Shown: positions 10,052 to 20,261 of the stretch, piece after piece
How positions within the stretch are numbered: the first letter of the stretch is position 1
Layout of the letters: every line of letters begins with the position of its first letter
Origin: Phycisphaerales bacterium
GTDB lineage: Bacteria > Planctomycetota > Phycisphaerae > Phycisphaerales > UBA1924
Assembly: GCA_965227775.1 (NCBI GenBank)
Contig: OZ245777.1
Coordinates: 704,001-768,000 of the forward strand
Length of the DNA: 64,000 nt
Direction of reading: 5' to 3'
The notes under the pieces: generated by a model
Databases searched by the model: none
Told to the model about the DNA's origin: nothing
Seen by the model: only the letters and a program-made list of their open reading frames with translations
Program-made: the position numbers and the translations under genes

Positions 10052-10612
10052 TCACGCATCGCTGCGATCAACGATCCGGTAGCTCTCGCGCTCGCCGCGG
10101 CCGCGCACCGGGTAGTCCTTGCGCAGCGGGTGGGCGGGGTAGGCCTCCCACGTCAGGATGCGACGCAGGTCGGGGTGGCCCGTGAAGCGGATGCCGTACA
10201 TGTCGAAGACCTCGCGCTCGGGCCACTCGGCGCCGGGCCAGATGTCGGTCACGGTGTCTACCACGAGCGCCGGATCTTCCTCGATGCCGTCGGTGGGCAG
10301 CGAGGGATCGACATAGGTCTTGACGAAGAAGCGGTCCTCGCTCTGCGTGTTGACCATGTTGTAGATGACGCCGAAGCGGCCGGGCATGTCGCCGGGGTAG
10401 TTCAGGTAGTCGGCGGCGGTGACCTCGGAGAGGAAGTCGTAGCCGCGGTCGTTCTTGAGGAACGCCAGCACGGCGTGCGCGTCCTTGGGCTCGACGATCA
10501 GTGACGACTGGCCGCGGAACTCCGTGCCGCTCAGCTTCACGCCGGGGAAGGCGTCCTTCACGGCCTTGAAGTTGGGGTGGTCGAGCGTGGGCGTGCGGGG
10601 CTCGTCGGGCAT
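10052..10612 (-). CDS. nuoC: NADH-quinone oxidoreductase subunit C
   Basis: [30 protein letters not shown]...HPLRKDYP signature. Confidence 0.95.
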   Translation of the reverse strand: MPDEPRTPTLDHPNFKAVKDAFPGVKLSGTEFRGQSSLIVEPKDAHAVLAFLKNDRGYDFLSEVTAADYLNYPGDMPGRFGVIYNMVNTQSEDRFFVKTYVDPSLPTDGIEEDPALVVDTVTDIWPGAEWPEREVFDMYGIRFTGHPDLRRILTWEAYPAHPLRKDYPVRGRGERESYRIVDRSDA

Positions 10613-10630
10613 GCTGGCTCCCTGCGGCGG

Positions 10631-11344
10631 TCAGGTGGTCGCGGACGCAGAGGGTAGGACGCCGGCCTCGCGCAGCATGTCGAGCTGCGCGGGAACATCC
10701 TCGTCGTAGAGCGCGATCGGCCGCTCGAACGGGCCGTGCTCGCGCAGCACAGCCAACAGATCGTGGTAGTCGACCGACCCTCGGGTCAGCGGCGCGAGCA
10801 CCAATATGTCGTCGTGCTCGCCGTCGGCCTCGCCCAACGCTGGCCGCTCGGCCCCGGTCAGCAGCACCGCCGCCACGCGCTCGTGGTTGCCCAGGGCTTC
10901 GAGGATGCGCGTCAGATGGTCCTGGGCGTCTTCGGCCATGCCCGCCGTCAGCATGGCGGTGGGTTCCAAGAAGATGCCCAGGGCCTCGGTCTCGAACAGC
11001 CCCAGCACGCGGCGGACGCTGGGAGCGTCCGATATCACGTGCCGCACGTGGGGCCGCAGCAGCAGGCGGGCGCCAGCGGCCTCGAACTTCGGCAATAACT
11101 CGGCGAGCTTGGCCTCGAGCGTCTCCCAACCTGTAGCCGTCCACGTGCGCGGATCGTGGTGGAAGACGCCCGACTCGGGCAGCGCTTCCTCGTCGAACCA
11201 GCCAGACCAAGCGATCAGTGTTTGGTCGGGTTGGGGCTCGATGGCGTCGGAAAAAATGTTGGCCATCAACACGGGCCAGTCGGGCTCAGCACCTTGTGAG
11301 CCGACTGACCACCCACCACCAGACCTTGGGCCGAAGAGCAGCAT
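10631..11344 (-). CDS. Hypothetical protein, possibly a degenerate xylose-isomerase/AP-endonuclease-like TIM barrel
   Basis: Pattern LAELLPKFEAAGARLLLRP, LGIFLEPT, LAPLTRGSVDY resembles TIM-barrel sugar epimerases. TAAACT lies 5 nt before ATG 11344. Confidence 0.55.
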   Translation of the reverse strand: MLLFGPRSGGGWSVGSQGAEPDWPVLMANIFSDAIEPQPDQTLIAWSGWFDEEALPESGVFHHDPRTWTATGWETLEAKLAELLPKFEAAGARLLLRPHVRHVISDAPSVRRVLGLFETEALGIFLEPTAMLTAGMAEDAQDHLTRILEALGNHERVAAVLLTGAERPALGEADGEHDDILVLAPLTRGSVDYHDLLAVLREHGPFERPIALYDEDVPAQLDMLREAGVLPSASATT

Positions 11345-11477
11345 GACCCAGTTTACGCGTGCGAGAAGGGCGTTCGCACGTCCGGAAAATGTCAATCGGC
11401 GGCTTTGGAAGGGCCGAAACCACCGCACCCCGGGGTCGGCCAGTCGAACGGCACCCGGGAACATCGGAGAAGACACG

Positions 11478-11753
11478 ATGCGCGACCTGGCTGCGATGCC
11501 CGAGTCGTGCGAGATGGCGGAGATCCACTCGCCTGGCCCTACAACGCGATTGACCCGGGAGCAGGTCGTCGATCGCATCATCACCATCAACCGATCGGCT
11601 TCGCCCGCCTTCTTAGAGAGATTTGCCGAGCCGCAGCTGCGGCACTACCTCGATCACCTGACCCACACCACCGACGAGCGGCCCAACGTGCCGTGGGTCC
11701 GTCGCGGCGAAACCCCGGCGATCGTGGGTCGCTCGGCCGACGGCCACACCTGA
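11478..11753 (+). CDS. Small hypothetical protein
   Basis: GGAG 8 nt upstream. Protein-like core LTREQVVDRIITINRSASPAFLERFAEPQLRHYLDHL. Confidence 0.6.
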   Translation: MRDLAAMPESCEMAEIHSPGPTTRLTREQVVDRIITINRSASPAFLERFAEPQLRHYLDHLTHTTDERPNVPWVRRGETPAIVGRSADGHT

Positions 11754-12107
11754 GCACCCGATCGCCATCGAGGCCCTTGGCCGAGAGCGCATCACGATAA
11801 ACCTGAGAGTCTCTACAAGGGCTCGGCGCACGCGCGTCGGGCCCTCTTGCATGCGCCCCATAACCACCACGGTGGGCAGCATCGCCGTCGATTCTGGTCC
11901 GATTTCTCCAGTCGGACTTCAGGCGCGGTTTGAGAGGGCCGAAACAACCGGCATGGGTGGCGCGACCGGACGCCGTTGTTCGGCTTGGCCGCCCGCGAGA
12001 GTTGTCCGCTGCGGCATTGGTTCGTGGCGGCGCGTGCAGCGGGGGCCGCGGTTGGCCCGCCGAAACCGGAATCACGGCACCGTGAACCAGGGATGGAGAC
12101 CCGAACG

Positions 12108-13508
12108 ATGATGAACAGCAGCATGAACTCGACCGTCCTGGCCGCCGCTCTGATCGCGGTTGCCGGGCTCACCACCGCCTGCACGACCAGCTCGGGCACG
12201 GGCGTGGCCAGCGGCCCGGTCATCCGAAGCGGCGAGCAGCAGACCGGCTCGTCGGCGACGACCACGAACAGGTTTCGCACGCCCGTGGCCAGCAACAACT
12301 ACGACCGCAACCGCTCGCCCTCGACCAGCACCCCCATCGATCCCTACGCCATCGGCCTGACCGCCGACGGCTCGCAGGGCTTCCAGCGCACCGGCGTCGC
12401 TCCGCAGTCGGGCGAACGCCTGAGCCTGAGCCCCAAGACGCCCGCGCAGTTCCAGCCGACCGACGCCGTGCACGGCTTCTACGGCGAGGTCTTCACCGAC
12501 AACGCCGGCCTGGTCGCGCTCGACCCCGACCGCATCGGCGGCAACAACCTTGCGCAGGTGAGCTTCAGCGTTGAGGGTGCCGACTTCGATCCCGACGTGT
12601 CGCCCGACGGCCGCTACATCACCTTCGCCAGCACGCAGCACAGCCTGACCAGCGACATCTTCATCAAGCCGGTCGACAGCCGCGTTATCACCCGCCTGAC
12701 CAAGAGCGAGGGCAACGACGTGATGCCCAAGTTCAGCCCCGACGGCCAGCGTGTCGCGTTCTCGAGCAACCGCTCGGGCAACTGGGACCTGTTCGTCATG
12801 CCGACGACCGGCGGCAAGGCCGTGCAGATCACCACCGAGAGCAGCCACGAGCTGCACCCGACCTGGTCGCCCGATGGCAAGTACCTTGCCTTCAGCCGCC
12901 TGGGCGAGGTCAGCGGCAAGTGGGAGATCTGGGTCACCGAAGTGGGCAACCCGGGCGTCAGCAAGTTCCTGACCTACGGCCTGTTCCCGCAGTGGTCGCC
13001 CGTGACGGGCAACAGCGCCACCGGCAACGGCGAGCGCATCTTGTTCCAGCAGAGCAAGCAGCGCGGCGATCGCGCCTTCACCGTCTGGAGCCTGGACTTC
13101 AACGGCATGACCGCCAGCAACCTGACCCAGGTCGCCTCGAGCCCCTACGCCGCATGCATCAACCCGGCCTGGAGCCGCGACGGCAAGTGGATCAGCTTCG
13201 CCACCGTTCCGAACCCCACCCAGTGGGCCAAGATGGACGAGACCCGTCCGACCTCGGCCCAGCTCTGGATGGTCGCGAACGACGGCACCTCGCTGGTTGA
13301 GCTGACCGACGACAACGCCGTGAACCTGATGCCCACCTGGGGCCCGGGCAACGAGATCTTCTACATCTCCGACCGCGGCGGTGTGGACAACATCTGGTCG
13401 ATGAGCGCCAACAACGCCATCCTCGCGGCCACCGGCATCGACCCGGACATCAACAACCCGTCCGGCCAGGGCCCGTCGTACACCGGCGTGCCCGACAGCG
13501 GCAACTAA
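12108..13508 (+). CDS. TolB-like PD40-repeat beta-propeller lipoprotein
   Basis: Lipoprotein-type signal (AGLTTAC). Repeats PDVSPDGRYITF, PKFSPDGQRVAF, PTWSPDGKYLAF, PAWSRDGKWISF. Strongly biased codon usage. Confidence 0.9.
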   Translation: MMNSSMNSTVLAAALIAVAGLTTACTTSSGTGVASGPVIRSGEQQTGSSATTTNRFRTPVASNNYDRNRSPSTSTPIDPYAIGLTADGSQGFQRTGVAPQSGERLSLSPKTPAQFQPTDAVHGFYGEVFTDNAGLVALDPDRIGGNNLAQVSFSVEGADFDPDVSPDGRYITFASTQHSLTSDIFIKPVDSRVITRLTKSEGNDVMPKFSPDGQRVAFSSNRSGNWDLFVMPTTGGKAVQITTESSHELHPTWSPDGKYLAFSRLGEVSGKWEIWVTEVGNPGVSKFLTYGLFPQWSPVTGNSATGNGERILFQQSKQRGDRAFTVWSLDFNGMTASNLTQVASSPYAACINPAWSRDGKWISFATVPNPTQWAKMDETRPTSAQLWMVANDGTSLVELTDDNAVNLMPTWGPGNEIFYISDRGGVDNIWSMSANNAILAATGIDPDINNPSGQGPSYTGVPDSGN

Positions 13509-13534
13509 TCAGAAACCCTTATCTCCGATCCCTG

Positions 13535-13565
13535 CAACGCCCGGTAACTCCGGGCGTTGTTCTTT
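13535..13565 (+). terminator. Intrinsic terminator
   Basis: CAACGCCCGG-taact-CCGGGCGTTG followed by TTCTTT. Confidence 0.7.
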
Positions 13566-13582
13566 GGTGCAACAATACAGGC

Positions 13583-14371
13583 ATGAACCCATGGGGCGTG
13601 AGCCGTGCCGTCCTGCTGCTATCGCTTGCTGTTCTGCTGGCAGGGGCGCTTGTCGGTTGCGCCAAGCCCGACCCGCTGAAGCCGCCGCAGCAGCTGATGT
13701 CGCCCTACGCCAGCACGCCGGCCGAACCGGTGTGGGCTGTTGTACCACTGCGGAATGAGAGCGGCACGACATCCGTCGACCGCCTGGCCGTGAGCGACAC
13801 GCTGGTGGCCACCATCACCCAAGCGCGGGGGCTGCGGGCCTTGCCGCTCAATCGCACGCTCGACGCGATGGCCAGCCTGGACATGACCTTCCCCCAGACC
13901 CCGGCCGATCTCGATCGGCTGGCTCGGGCGGTCGGCGCCGACGGGGTCGTGGTCGGCAGCATCACGGCGTACGACCCGTACGAACCGATCATGGGCATCG
14001 CGCTGGGGCTCTATGCGAGGCCCGGCGCGCTGGCGAACCGTGGATCGAGCGAGATCGAGATCGATCCGCGCAACCTCCGCGACGAGCCGACCACGTACGA
14101 CTACTTCGGCACACAGAGCCTCGAAGGTCGCGGACCGGCGAGCTCGGTCATGCTGGTGCTCGATGGTCGCGACGACGACGTGAAGATGCGGGTGCGCCGG
14201 TACGCCGAGGGTCGCCAGCAGTCGGTGTCCTCCCTTCGGTGGGAGCGGTACCTGCGGAGCATGCCCGCCTACGAGCGTTTCGTCACATTCGAGGCGGTGG
14301 GCCTGCTGCTGCAGCGCGAGTGGGTTCGTCTCGGGCGGCAGCGGGCCGCGGACGGATCAGTGGATGGATGA
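13583..14371 (+). CDS. Lipoprotein, CsgG/LpoB/DUF799-like fold
   Basis: Lipobox LVGC, WAVVPLRNES motif, LARAVGADGVVVGSITAY. Confidence 0.7.
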   Translation: MNPWGVSRAVLLLSLAVLLAGALVGCAKPDPLKPPQQLMSPYASTPAEPVWAVVPLRNESGTTSVDRLAVSDTLVATITQARGLRALPLNRTLDAMASLDMTFPQTPADLDRLARAVGADGVVVGSITAYDPYEPIMGIALGLYARPGALANRGSSEIEIDPRNLRDEPTTYDYFGTQSLEGRGPASSVMLVLDGRDDDVKMRVRRYAEGRQQSVSSLRWERYLRSMPAYERFVTFEAVGLLLQREWVRLGRQRAADGSVDG

Positions 14372-14549
14372 GAAGCCGGACGAATGCGGGTAAACCGGTA
14401 TCGATGGGGCGAAAAAAGTGTCCCAGAAAAGTCAATCGGAAGGAAACCCGCCTTTTGAACTGGCCGATATCTCAGGAGTCGAGCGTGCGAGTGGGACCTC
14501 GCGATGACGCCGGCAGGGCCCGCGGTGGGCCCCGCGAAGGAGTGCAGAC

Positions 14550-15551
14550 ATGACGGCATTGCCGCTCACCGAAGCTTTCAGCACCTACCTGACCGATGAG
14601 CGTCAGTTCAGCCCCTACACCGCCCGGTGCTATGGCGCAGACCTGAAGCAGTTCATCGAGTTCCTTGTCGAGCACCTCAAGCGCGACATCGACTCGTCCG
14701 CCGAGCAAGCCGCCTACGACCGTCGCCTTGCCGGGCAGAAGGGCAATGGCCCGACGCTGACCGACGCCATCTGCGAGGCCGACAGCGAGCTCATCCGCAA
14801 GTTCCTCGAGCACCTCGACGCCCACCACTACTCGGCCGCCACGCTTGCGCGCAAGATCGCGACGCTGCGTTCGTTCTTCAAGTGGGCCGTGCGCGGCAAG
14901 GTCGCTTCGAGCAACCCGATGGTGCAGATCCGCACGCCCCGCCAGACCAAGCGTCTGCCCAAGGCCATCACGATCGAGCAGGTCGAGCAGCTCCTGAGCG
15001 CTCCGGACGAGAAGGACGTGCTGGGCACGCGCGACCGCGCCATCCTGCAGACGCTCTATTCCACGGGCCTGCGCGTCAGCGAGCTCGTCGGCCTTACTTT
15101 CGCGGACGTGGATTTCGAGCAGCGCGTCATCCGCGTGAAGGGCAAGGGCAACAAGGAGCGCCTGGTGCCGCTGGGCGAGCGCGCCATGGAGACCATGGGC
15201 CGCTACGTCGAGCGCTTGCGCACCGACCCGCGCTTCGGGAACGTGCTCAAGGGCGAGGCGAACCAGACCCCGCTGTTTATCAACAAGCACGGCAAGCGTC
15301 TAAGCAGCCGCTCGGTCCGCCGCAAGCTCGACAAGTACCTCAGCATGGTGGGCCTCGACTCTTCGATCAGCCCGCACACGCTGCGTCACACCTTCGCCAC
15401 GCACCTTCTGGACAACGGCGCCGACCTGCGAGCCGTGCAGGCGCTGCTGGGCCACCAGTCGCTGAGCACGACACAGGTGTACACGCACCTGAGCGGCCAG
15501 CGCCTCCGCGAGAGCTACGACAAGGCGCACCCGCGGGCCGAGGCCAGCTGA
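14550..15551 (+). CDS. xerC: Chromosomal tyrosine recombinase XerC/XerD
   Basis: SPYTARCY, RKIATLRSFFKW, RDRAILQTLYSTGLRVSEL, GKGNKERLVP, HTLRHTFATHLL, LGHQSLSTTQVYTH, HPRA. Confidence 0.9.
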   Translation: MTALPLTEAFSTYLTDERQFSPYTARCYGADLKQFIEFLVEHLKRDIDSSAEQAAYDRRLAGQKGNGPTLTDAICEADSELIRKFLEHLDAHHYSAATLARKIATLRSFFKWAVRGKVASSNPMVQIRTPRQTKRLPKAITIEQVEQLLSAPDEKDVLGTRDRAILQTLYSTGLRVSELVGLTFADVDFEQRVIRVKGKGNKERLVPLGERAMETMGRYVERLRTDPRFGNVLKGEANQTPLFINKHGKRLSSRSVRRKLDKYLSMVGLDSSISPHTLRHTFATHLLDNGADLRAVQALLGHQSLSTTQVYTHLSGQRLRESYDKAHPRAEAS

Positions 15552-15574
15552 GCAACGTCCCGGCGAAGCACTGA

Positions 15575-16639
15575 CTATTCGGCATGTTCTGGCGCACGCC
15601 CGCGATCGGGCGTGTATGCCGTTGGGCTTTCGGGCAGCGCGTGCGTGGCCGGCTGCTCCTGCGGCTTGCGCCGATCGAAGAGCGCGTTGATGCCATCGCG
15701 AGCTCGACGATCGACCTCGAACAGGTGCAGCCCGAATTCGTGCGAGAGATCCTCGAACACCCGCAATCCGCGCACGCTGTGGCCGTGATGATCGACCTTG
15801 GGCGAGTAGCACGCGATGCCCAGGCGGCCGGGCACAACAGCGAAGATGGCGCCCGAGATGCCGCTCTTGGCTGGTAGCCCGACCGTGTAGGCCCATTGGC
15901 CCGAGTAGTCGTACATGCCGCAGGTCTGCATGACCGTCAGCACGTCGCGCACGTACGCGGCGTCGAGCGCTCGCTCACCCGTGATGGGATTCACGCCGCC
16001 GTTGGCCAGCGTGCCGGCCATCACGGCAAGGTCCTTGCACGTAACCTGGATGGCGCACTGCTGGAAGTAGAGGTCGAGGATCGCGTCGACGTCGCCCTCG
16101 ATCATGCCGAAGTGCAGCATGAGGTAGGCGATGGCGCGGTTGCGGTTGCCATGCGTCCGCTCGCTCGTGAAGACGGGCAGGTCGACGTTCAGCTTGCGAC
16201 CCGCGAAGCAGTTGAAGCTCTCCAGGAGCTGCTTCACGCTCGCCGTCGCGTCCATCTCGCGCAGCAGGCTGGTGACGGCGATCGCGCCGCTATTCACACA
16301 GGGGTTGTGCGGCCGGTTGGCCGCGTCGAGCTTGATGATCGAGTTGAACGCGTCGCCCGTGGGCTCCACACCCACACGGCTGAGCACCATGCTGCGGCCG
16401 TGCAGGCCTAGGGCGTGGCCGTACGTGAACGGCTTTGACGCGGACTGGATCGTGAAGTTGGTGTCACAATCGCCGACGGCGCAGACGTTGCCGTCGGCCG
16501 TCGCCACGGATATGGAAAAGAGCGATGGATCGACGTTGGCCAGCTCGGGTATGTAATCGGCAAGCTCGCCCTCATCGAGACCGGCGTACCGCGCGTGCAG
16601 CTCGGTCAGGGCGTTGGTAATCTTCTGCGCGTCGGACAT
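15575..16639 (-). CDS. glsA: Glutaminase A
   Basis: ADYIPELA, FTIQSASKP, VGVEPTGDAFNS, GMYDYSG, GLPAKSGISG. Confidence 0.95.
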   Translation of the reverse strand: MSDAQKITNALTELHARYAGLDEGELADYIPELANVDPSLFSISVATADGNVCAVGDCDTNFTIQSASKPFTYGHALGLHGRSMVLSRVGVEPTGDAFNSIIKLDAANRPHNPCVNSGAIAVTSLLREMDATASVKQLLESFNCFAGRKLNVDLPVFTSERTHGNRNRAIAYLMLHFGMIEGDVDAILDLYFQQCAIQVTCKDLAVMAGTLANGGVNPITGERALDAAYVRDVLTVMQTCGMYDYSGQWAYTVGLPAKSGISGAIFAVVPGRLGIACYSPKVDHHGHSVRGLRVFEDLSHEFGLHLFEVDRRARDGINALFDRRKPQEQPATHALPESPTAYTPDRGRAPEHAE

Positions 16640-16652
16640 GGGGCATTATGGC

Positions 16653-17195
16653 CTACTGCGTCACGCGATGCAGCCCCGTCGCGCGGATGGTCAGCACGTC
16701 GGGCGTCGGTCGCGCGGCAACCGTACCAACCACCACCACTTCGTCCATCGGCGAGATGCCTTGGCCTGCGAGATCGAACTGCAGCGGATTCCCTTCGGCG
16801 TCGACGAGTTGCACCGTGGCACTGTTGGCCTGCACGTCTTCGGGAGTGGCGCAGCAGTAGTCCCACGGCGTCTTGCAGTGGTCGTCGTCGCTGACGCAGG
16901 CATTCTCCAAGCTCGGGTCAACCATGACGAAAAACGCCGAGTCCTCGCCCATCGCATCCACTCGGCCACCGATGATGCCGCGCACCGCCACGGTGTCACC
17001 CTCGGCCGCCACGTCCTTGACGGCCTTGACGCCCTGCGCGTCGGCGGGCATCGACGCGAGGCGCCACTCAGAACTCACCGGCGCGCTGCTCGTGGACGAG
17101 CCGCCGCCCTCGGTCGACGAAGACTCGCTGCAGGCGGCAACGCCAAGGCAGAGGCCCGCGATGGACGCGAGTGCGATGATTCGGTGCATGGTCAT
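16653..17195 (-). CDS. Lipoprotein with probable OB-fold and a CxxxxxxCKTPWDYCC motif
   Basis: Lipobox VAAC then a Ser/Gly linker. Beta-strand pattern VAVRGIIGG...VVVVGTV...IRATGL. AGGAG SD. Confidence 0.8.
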   Translation of the reverse strand: MTMHRIIALASIAGLCLGVAACSESSSTEGGGSSTSSAPVSSEWRLASMPADAQGVKAVKDVAAEGDTVAVRGIIGGRVDAMGEDSAFFVMVDPSLENACVSDDDHCKTPWDYCCATPEDVQANSATVQLVDAEGNPLQFDLAGQGISPMDEVVVVGTVAARPTPDVLTIRATGLHRVTQ

Positions 17196-17222
17196 ACTGG
17201 AGCTCCTTTGGATTGATGGTAC

Positions 17223-18401
17223 TCAGTGCATCTTGAGGGCTTGTGGGATCGGCAAGCGCAGGCAGCGGATTGCGGGCGGAATGGCGCCCACGAGCCCCAC
17301 CAGCACGCCGCCGGCGATGCCCGCCAGCATGACGGGCGCATCGAGCGTGAGCGCGAACGCGCCCATCGAGAACTTCACGGCTAATCCATCGAGCAGCAGC
17401 AGGCCCAGGACAGCGCCCACGATCGTGCCGATGGCGGCGGCAAACAGCGATTCCTCGCTCAGACTCGTCACGATGGCTGCACGCGTGTAGCCGAAGGACT
17501 GCAGCGTGCCGATCTCGCGCACGCGGTCGGCGAAGCTCGCGTACATCGTGTTCAGCCCGCCGAGCAGGCCTCCCAGGGCGATGAGCGACGCCGTCACGAT
17601 GACCATGATGCGGATCGGCCTGTAGAACGCGGCGATCGACGCGTAGTAGTCGGCCTCGCGCATTGCGGTGATCTCCAGGTCGAGCCGGCTCTTGGCGAAG
17701 ATGTCGACGTCGGAGAATCGCGCCGTGTCGAGGCTGATCACCACCGCCGAGATCGTCGCCTCGCGCTTTGTGGCGATCTGCAGGTCGATGATGGGCATCC
17801 AGATCTCGGCGTCCATCACGGTGTTGGGTGCGCGGAAGCGACCGACGATGGCCCAGTCCCGGTTGTCGAAGCGCAGCGTGTTGCCGACGGCCAGTCGCTC
17901 GTCTGGCAGGCCCAGTCTCGTCGCCGCCAGCGAGCCGACGATGATCTCGTCCTGCCCCGCTCGCGGCTGGCGGCCCTCGATGATCTCGACCTCGCTGTGG
18001 ACCAGGAACGCGACGGGCCGCACGCCGCGGATGACGGCCTGACGGGGCGTCGTATCGCTCGCGTCGGCGTTCACGGGCAGGGCAATATTGATTTCGGGCG
18101 AGGCGTATACCACCCCACCACGTTCGACGAGCCCCGGGATGCTCGCGATGGCCTGCCCCGTGGTCGAGGCATCGATCTGGCTGCGCTCAAGCGCCTCCTC
18201 ACTGCCCGTACTCATGATGATGACGTTCTCGTGCAAGCCCTTGCCCTGGGTAAGCGTGAGCTGCATGCCGCGCACGAAGCCGGCCGCCGACAGCACCAGC
18301 AGCACAACGAGCGTGGCGCCGATAATGCTCGCGAGCATGCGCACACGGCTACGGCCAAGGTTCCGGTAGGCGTATTCGAACGGCAGCTGTCTCAGACGCA
18401 T
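17223..18401 (-). CDS. ABC transporter permease (MacB/FtsX type VII family)
   Basis: YAYRNLGRSRVR N-terminus, periplasmic core, NTMYASFADRVREIGTLQSFG, three C-terminal TM helices. Confidence 0.9.
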   Translation of the reverse strand: MRLRQLPFEYAYRNLGRSRVRMLASIIGATLVVLLVLSAAGFVRGMQLTLTQGKGLHENVIIMSTGSEEALERSQIDASTTGQAIASIPGLVERGGVVYASPEINIALPVNADASDTTPRQAVIRGVRPVAFLVHSEVEIIEGRQPRAGQDEIIVGSLAATRLGLPDERLAVGNTLRFDNRDWAIVGRFRAPNTVMDAEIWMPIIDLQIATKREATISAVVISLDTARFSDVDIFAKSRLDLEITAMREADYYASIAAFYRPIRIMVIVTASLIALGGLLGGLNTMYASFADRVREIGTLQSFGYTRAAIVTSLSEESLFAAAIGTIVGAVLGLLLLDGLAVKFSMGAFALTLDAPVMLAGIAGGVLVGLVGAIPPAIRCLRLPIPQALKMH

Positions 18402-18414
18402 CGGCTTCCCTCTC

Positions 18415-19566
18415 TTACACGGCCCGGAAGCACGAGGCGATCTCGCGGCGCGAAGCCTGCCACGCGGGGACCAAGCCCGCGAGCACGCCCAGTGTGACAC
18501 ACACAACAACACCCGTCGCCAAGAGCTGCCAACTCGCCGTAATGGGGATCGACTGCCCCTCGACCGACAACGCAAAGCTACCGAAGCGCGCGACGAGCAT
18601 CGCGATCGCCGCCCCGAGCGCGCCGCCCAGCAGCGAGATCAGCGCACCCTCAGCCACGATGAGCAGCGCGATGAGCCGGCCGTTGAAGCCCAGCGTTTGC
18701 AGGACGGCGTGCTCGGCGATGCGGCTCTGCACGCTGAGCACGATGGCGTTGCCCACGAGCGCCAGCACCGCGATAAGCGCCCCGATGCCCAGCCAGTTCG
18801 CAAAGCCCACCAACTCGATGATGTCGTCGGCGATGCGTGCGACGAATGCCCTCTCGCCAAACGTCTGCGTGGGGTCCTGCGCCCGGCGGAACTCGTCGTC
18901 GATGGCCTCGGCCACCGGATCGAGCAGGCTCGCGTCTTCGACCCGCACGTTGAACTGTGTGACGATGCCAAGCTGATCTCGCCCGGCCAGCTGCACGAAC
19001 TCGAGTGCCGTGTAGGCCACGTTATGGTCCTGCGGGTCCTCCGAGCGGATCACACCGGCGACGTACGCGGTGATGCCCGCGGCATCGAAGGTCTGCCCGG
19101 CCTTCAGCCCGCGACGGGTCGCCAGCGTCTCGCCGAGCAGGGCCGCATCGGTGCGGCGCTTCCAGTCCTCGAGGCTGCCTTCGATGACGGTGAAACGCTT
19201 GCCGTTGTTCTCGATGAACTCGTCCTTGGGCACGCCGCGAAACGTCACCACGTCCAGGCTCGTGCGGCAGTTGCTCACGACGACCTTCATCGGGATCGCG
19301 CTCACGACGCCGGGCACCTGCTCGATGCGGCGCTGGTAGTCCTGCGGCAGCTGGCTCGTGACCGGGCAGAAGCGGTCCTTTCGGTACACGACGAGCGTGG
19401 TGTCGTTGGCCGTCGCGGTCGTCGCCGCCTCGACGCCGGTACGCATCGCTTGCACGGCCGTGAACAGGAACATCGCGATCGCGATGCCCATGAGCGTGAG
19501 GCCCGATCGCACGCGATGGCGCCACGCCTGCTTGGCGACGTAGGGAATGAACTTGATGGGGTTCAT
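18415..19566 (-). CDS. ABC transporter permease (MacB/FtsX type VII family)
   Basis: RHRVRSGLTLMGIAIA, NAIVLSVQSRIAEHAVLQTLGF, GLVPAWQASR. Confidence 0.9.
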   Translation of the reverse strand: MNPIKFIPYVAKQAWRHRVRSGLTLMGIAIAMFLFTAVQAMRTGVEAATTATANDTTLVVYRKDRFCPVTSQLPQDYQRRIEQVPGVVSAIPMKVVVSNCRTSLDVVTFRGVPKDEFIENNGKRFTVIEGSLEDWKRRTDAALLGETLATRRGLKAGQTFDAAGITAYVAGVIRSEDPQDHNVAYTALEFVQLAGRDQLGIVTQFNVRVEDASLLDPVAEAIDDEFRRAQDPTQTFGERAFVARIADDIIELVGFANWLGIGALIAVLALVGNAIVLSVQSRIAEHAVLQTLGFNGRLIALLIVAEGALISLLGGALGAAIAMLVARFGSFALSVEGQSIPITASWQLLATGVVVCVTLGVLAGLVPAWQASRREIASCFRAV

Positions 19567-20261
19567 GCCATCACCTTCTCGGGGATGCGATCGTGCGCCA
19601 GTTTGCCCTTGTCAAGGTGCAGCGTGCGCGTGGCGTAGTCGGTGGTGCCCGGGTCGTGCGTGACCATCACGATGGTCTTGCCCTGCTCCTGATTCAAACG
19701 GCTAAGCAGCTCCATGATGGCCTTGGCCGAAGGCTTATCGAGATCACCCGTGGGCTCGTCGGCGACGAGGATGGTCGGGTTGGTCACGATCGCTCGGGCG
19801 ATGGCGACACGCTGCTCCTGACCGCCCGAGAGCTGCCTCGGGAAGTGGTCGCTGCGATCGGAGATGCCCACGGCCTCGAGCGCCTGGCGGACGCGATCGC
19901 GCCGCTCGGTCCGTGAGAGCCTGTGCAGCAGCAGCGGCAGCTCGACATTCTCGAATGCCGTCAGCACCGGCACGAGGTTGTACAGCTGGAACACGTATCC
20001 CACGTTCTCGCTGCGCCAGGCCGCCAACCTGGCGCGCGAGAGCTCGGCGATGTTCACACCGTCGATCACCAGCCTGCCGCGCGTGGGCTTGTCGATGCCC
20101 GCAATCAGGTTGAGCAGCGTTGTCTTACCGCTGCCACTAGGCCCCATGAGCGCGACGAACTCGCCGGCTGGCACGTCCAGGTCCAGCGCATCGAGCGGGC
20201 GGATGATCTCGTCGCCCTTCTTGAACTCTCGCGTGAGTTGTTCACACTTGATGAGCGTCAT
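19563..20261 (-). CDS. ABC transporter ATP-binding protein (LolD/MacB-like)
   Basis: GPSGSGKTT, LSGGQEQRVAIARA, ADEPTG, VTHD. Confidence 0.95.
   Translation of the reverse strand: MTLIKCEQLTREFKKGDEIIRPLDALDLDVPAGEFVALMGPSGSGKTTLLNLIAGIDKPTRGRLVIDGVNIAELSRARLAAWRSENVGYVFQLYNLVPVLTAFENVELPLLLHRLSRTERRDRVRQALEAVGISDRSDHFPRQLSGGQEQRVAIARAIVTNPTILVADEPTGDLDKPSAKAIMELLSRLNQEQGKTIVMVTHDPGTTDYATRTLHLDKGKLAHDRIPEKVMA

Noticed and set aside
14550..15551. Tyrosine recombinase as integrase of a mobile element
   Set aside because: Its motifs match housekeeping XerC/D, codon usage is host-like, and I see no att repeats, phage or plasmid genes, or dif site nearby.
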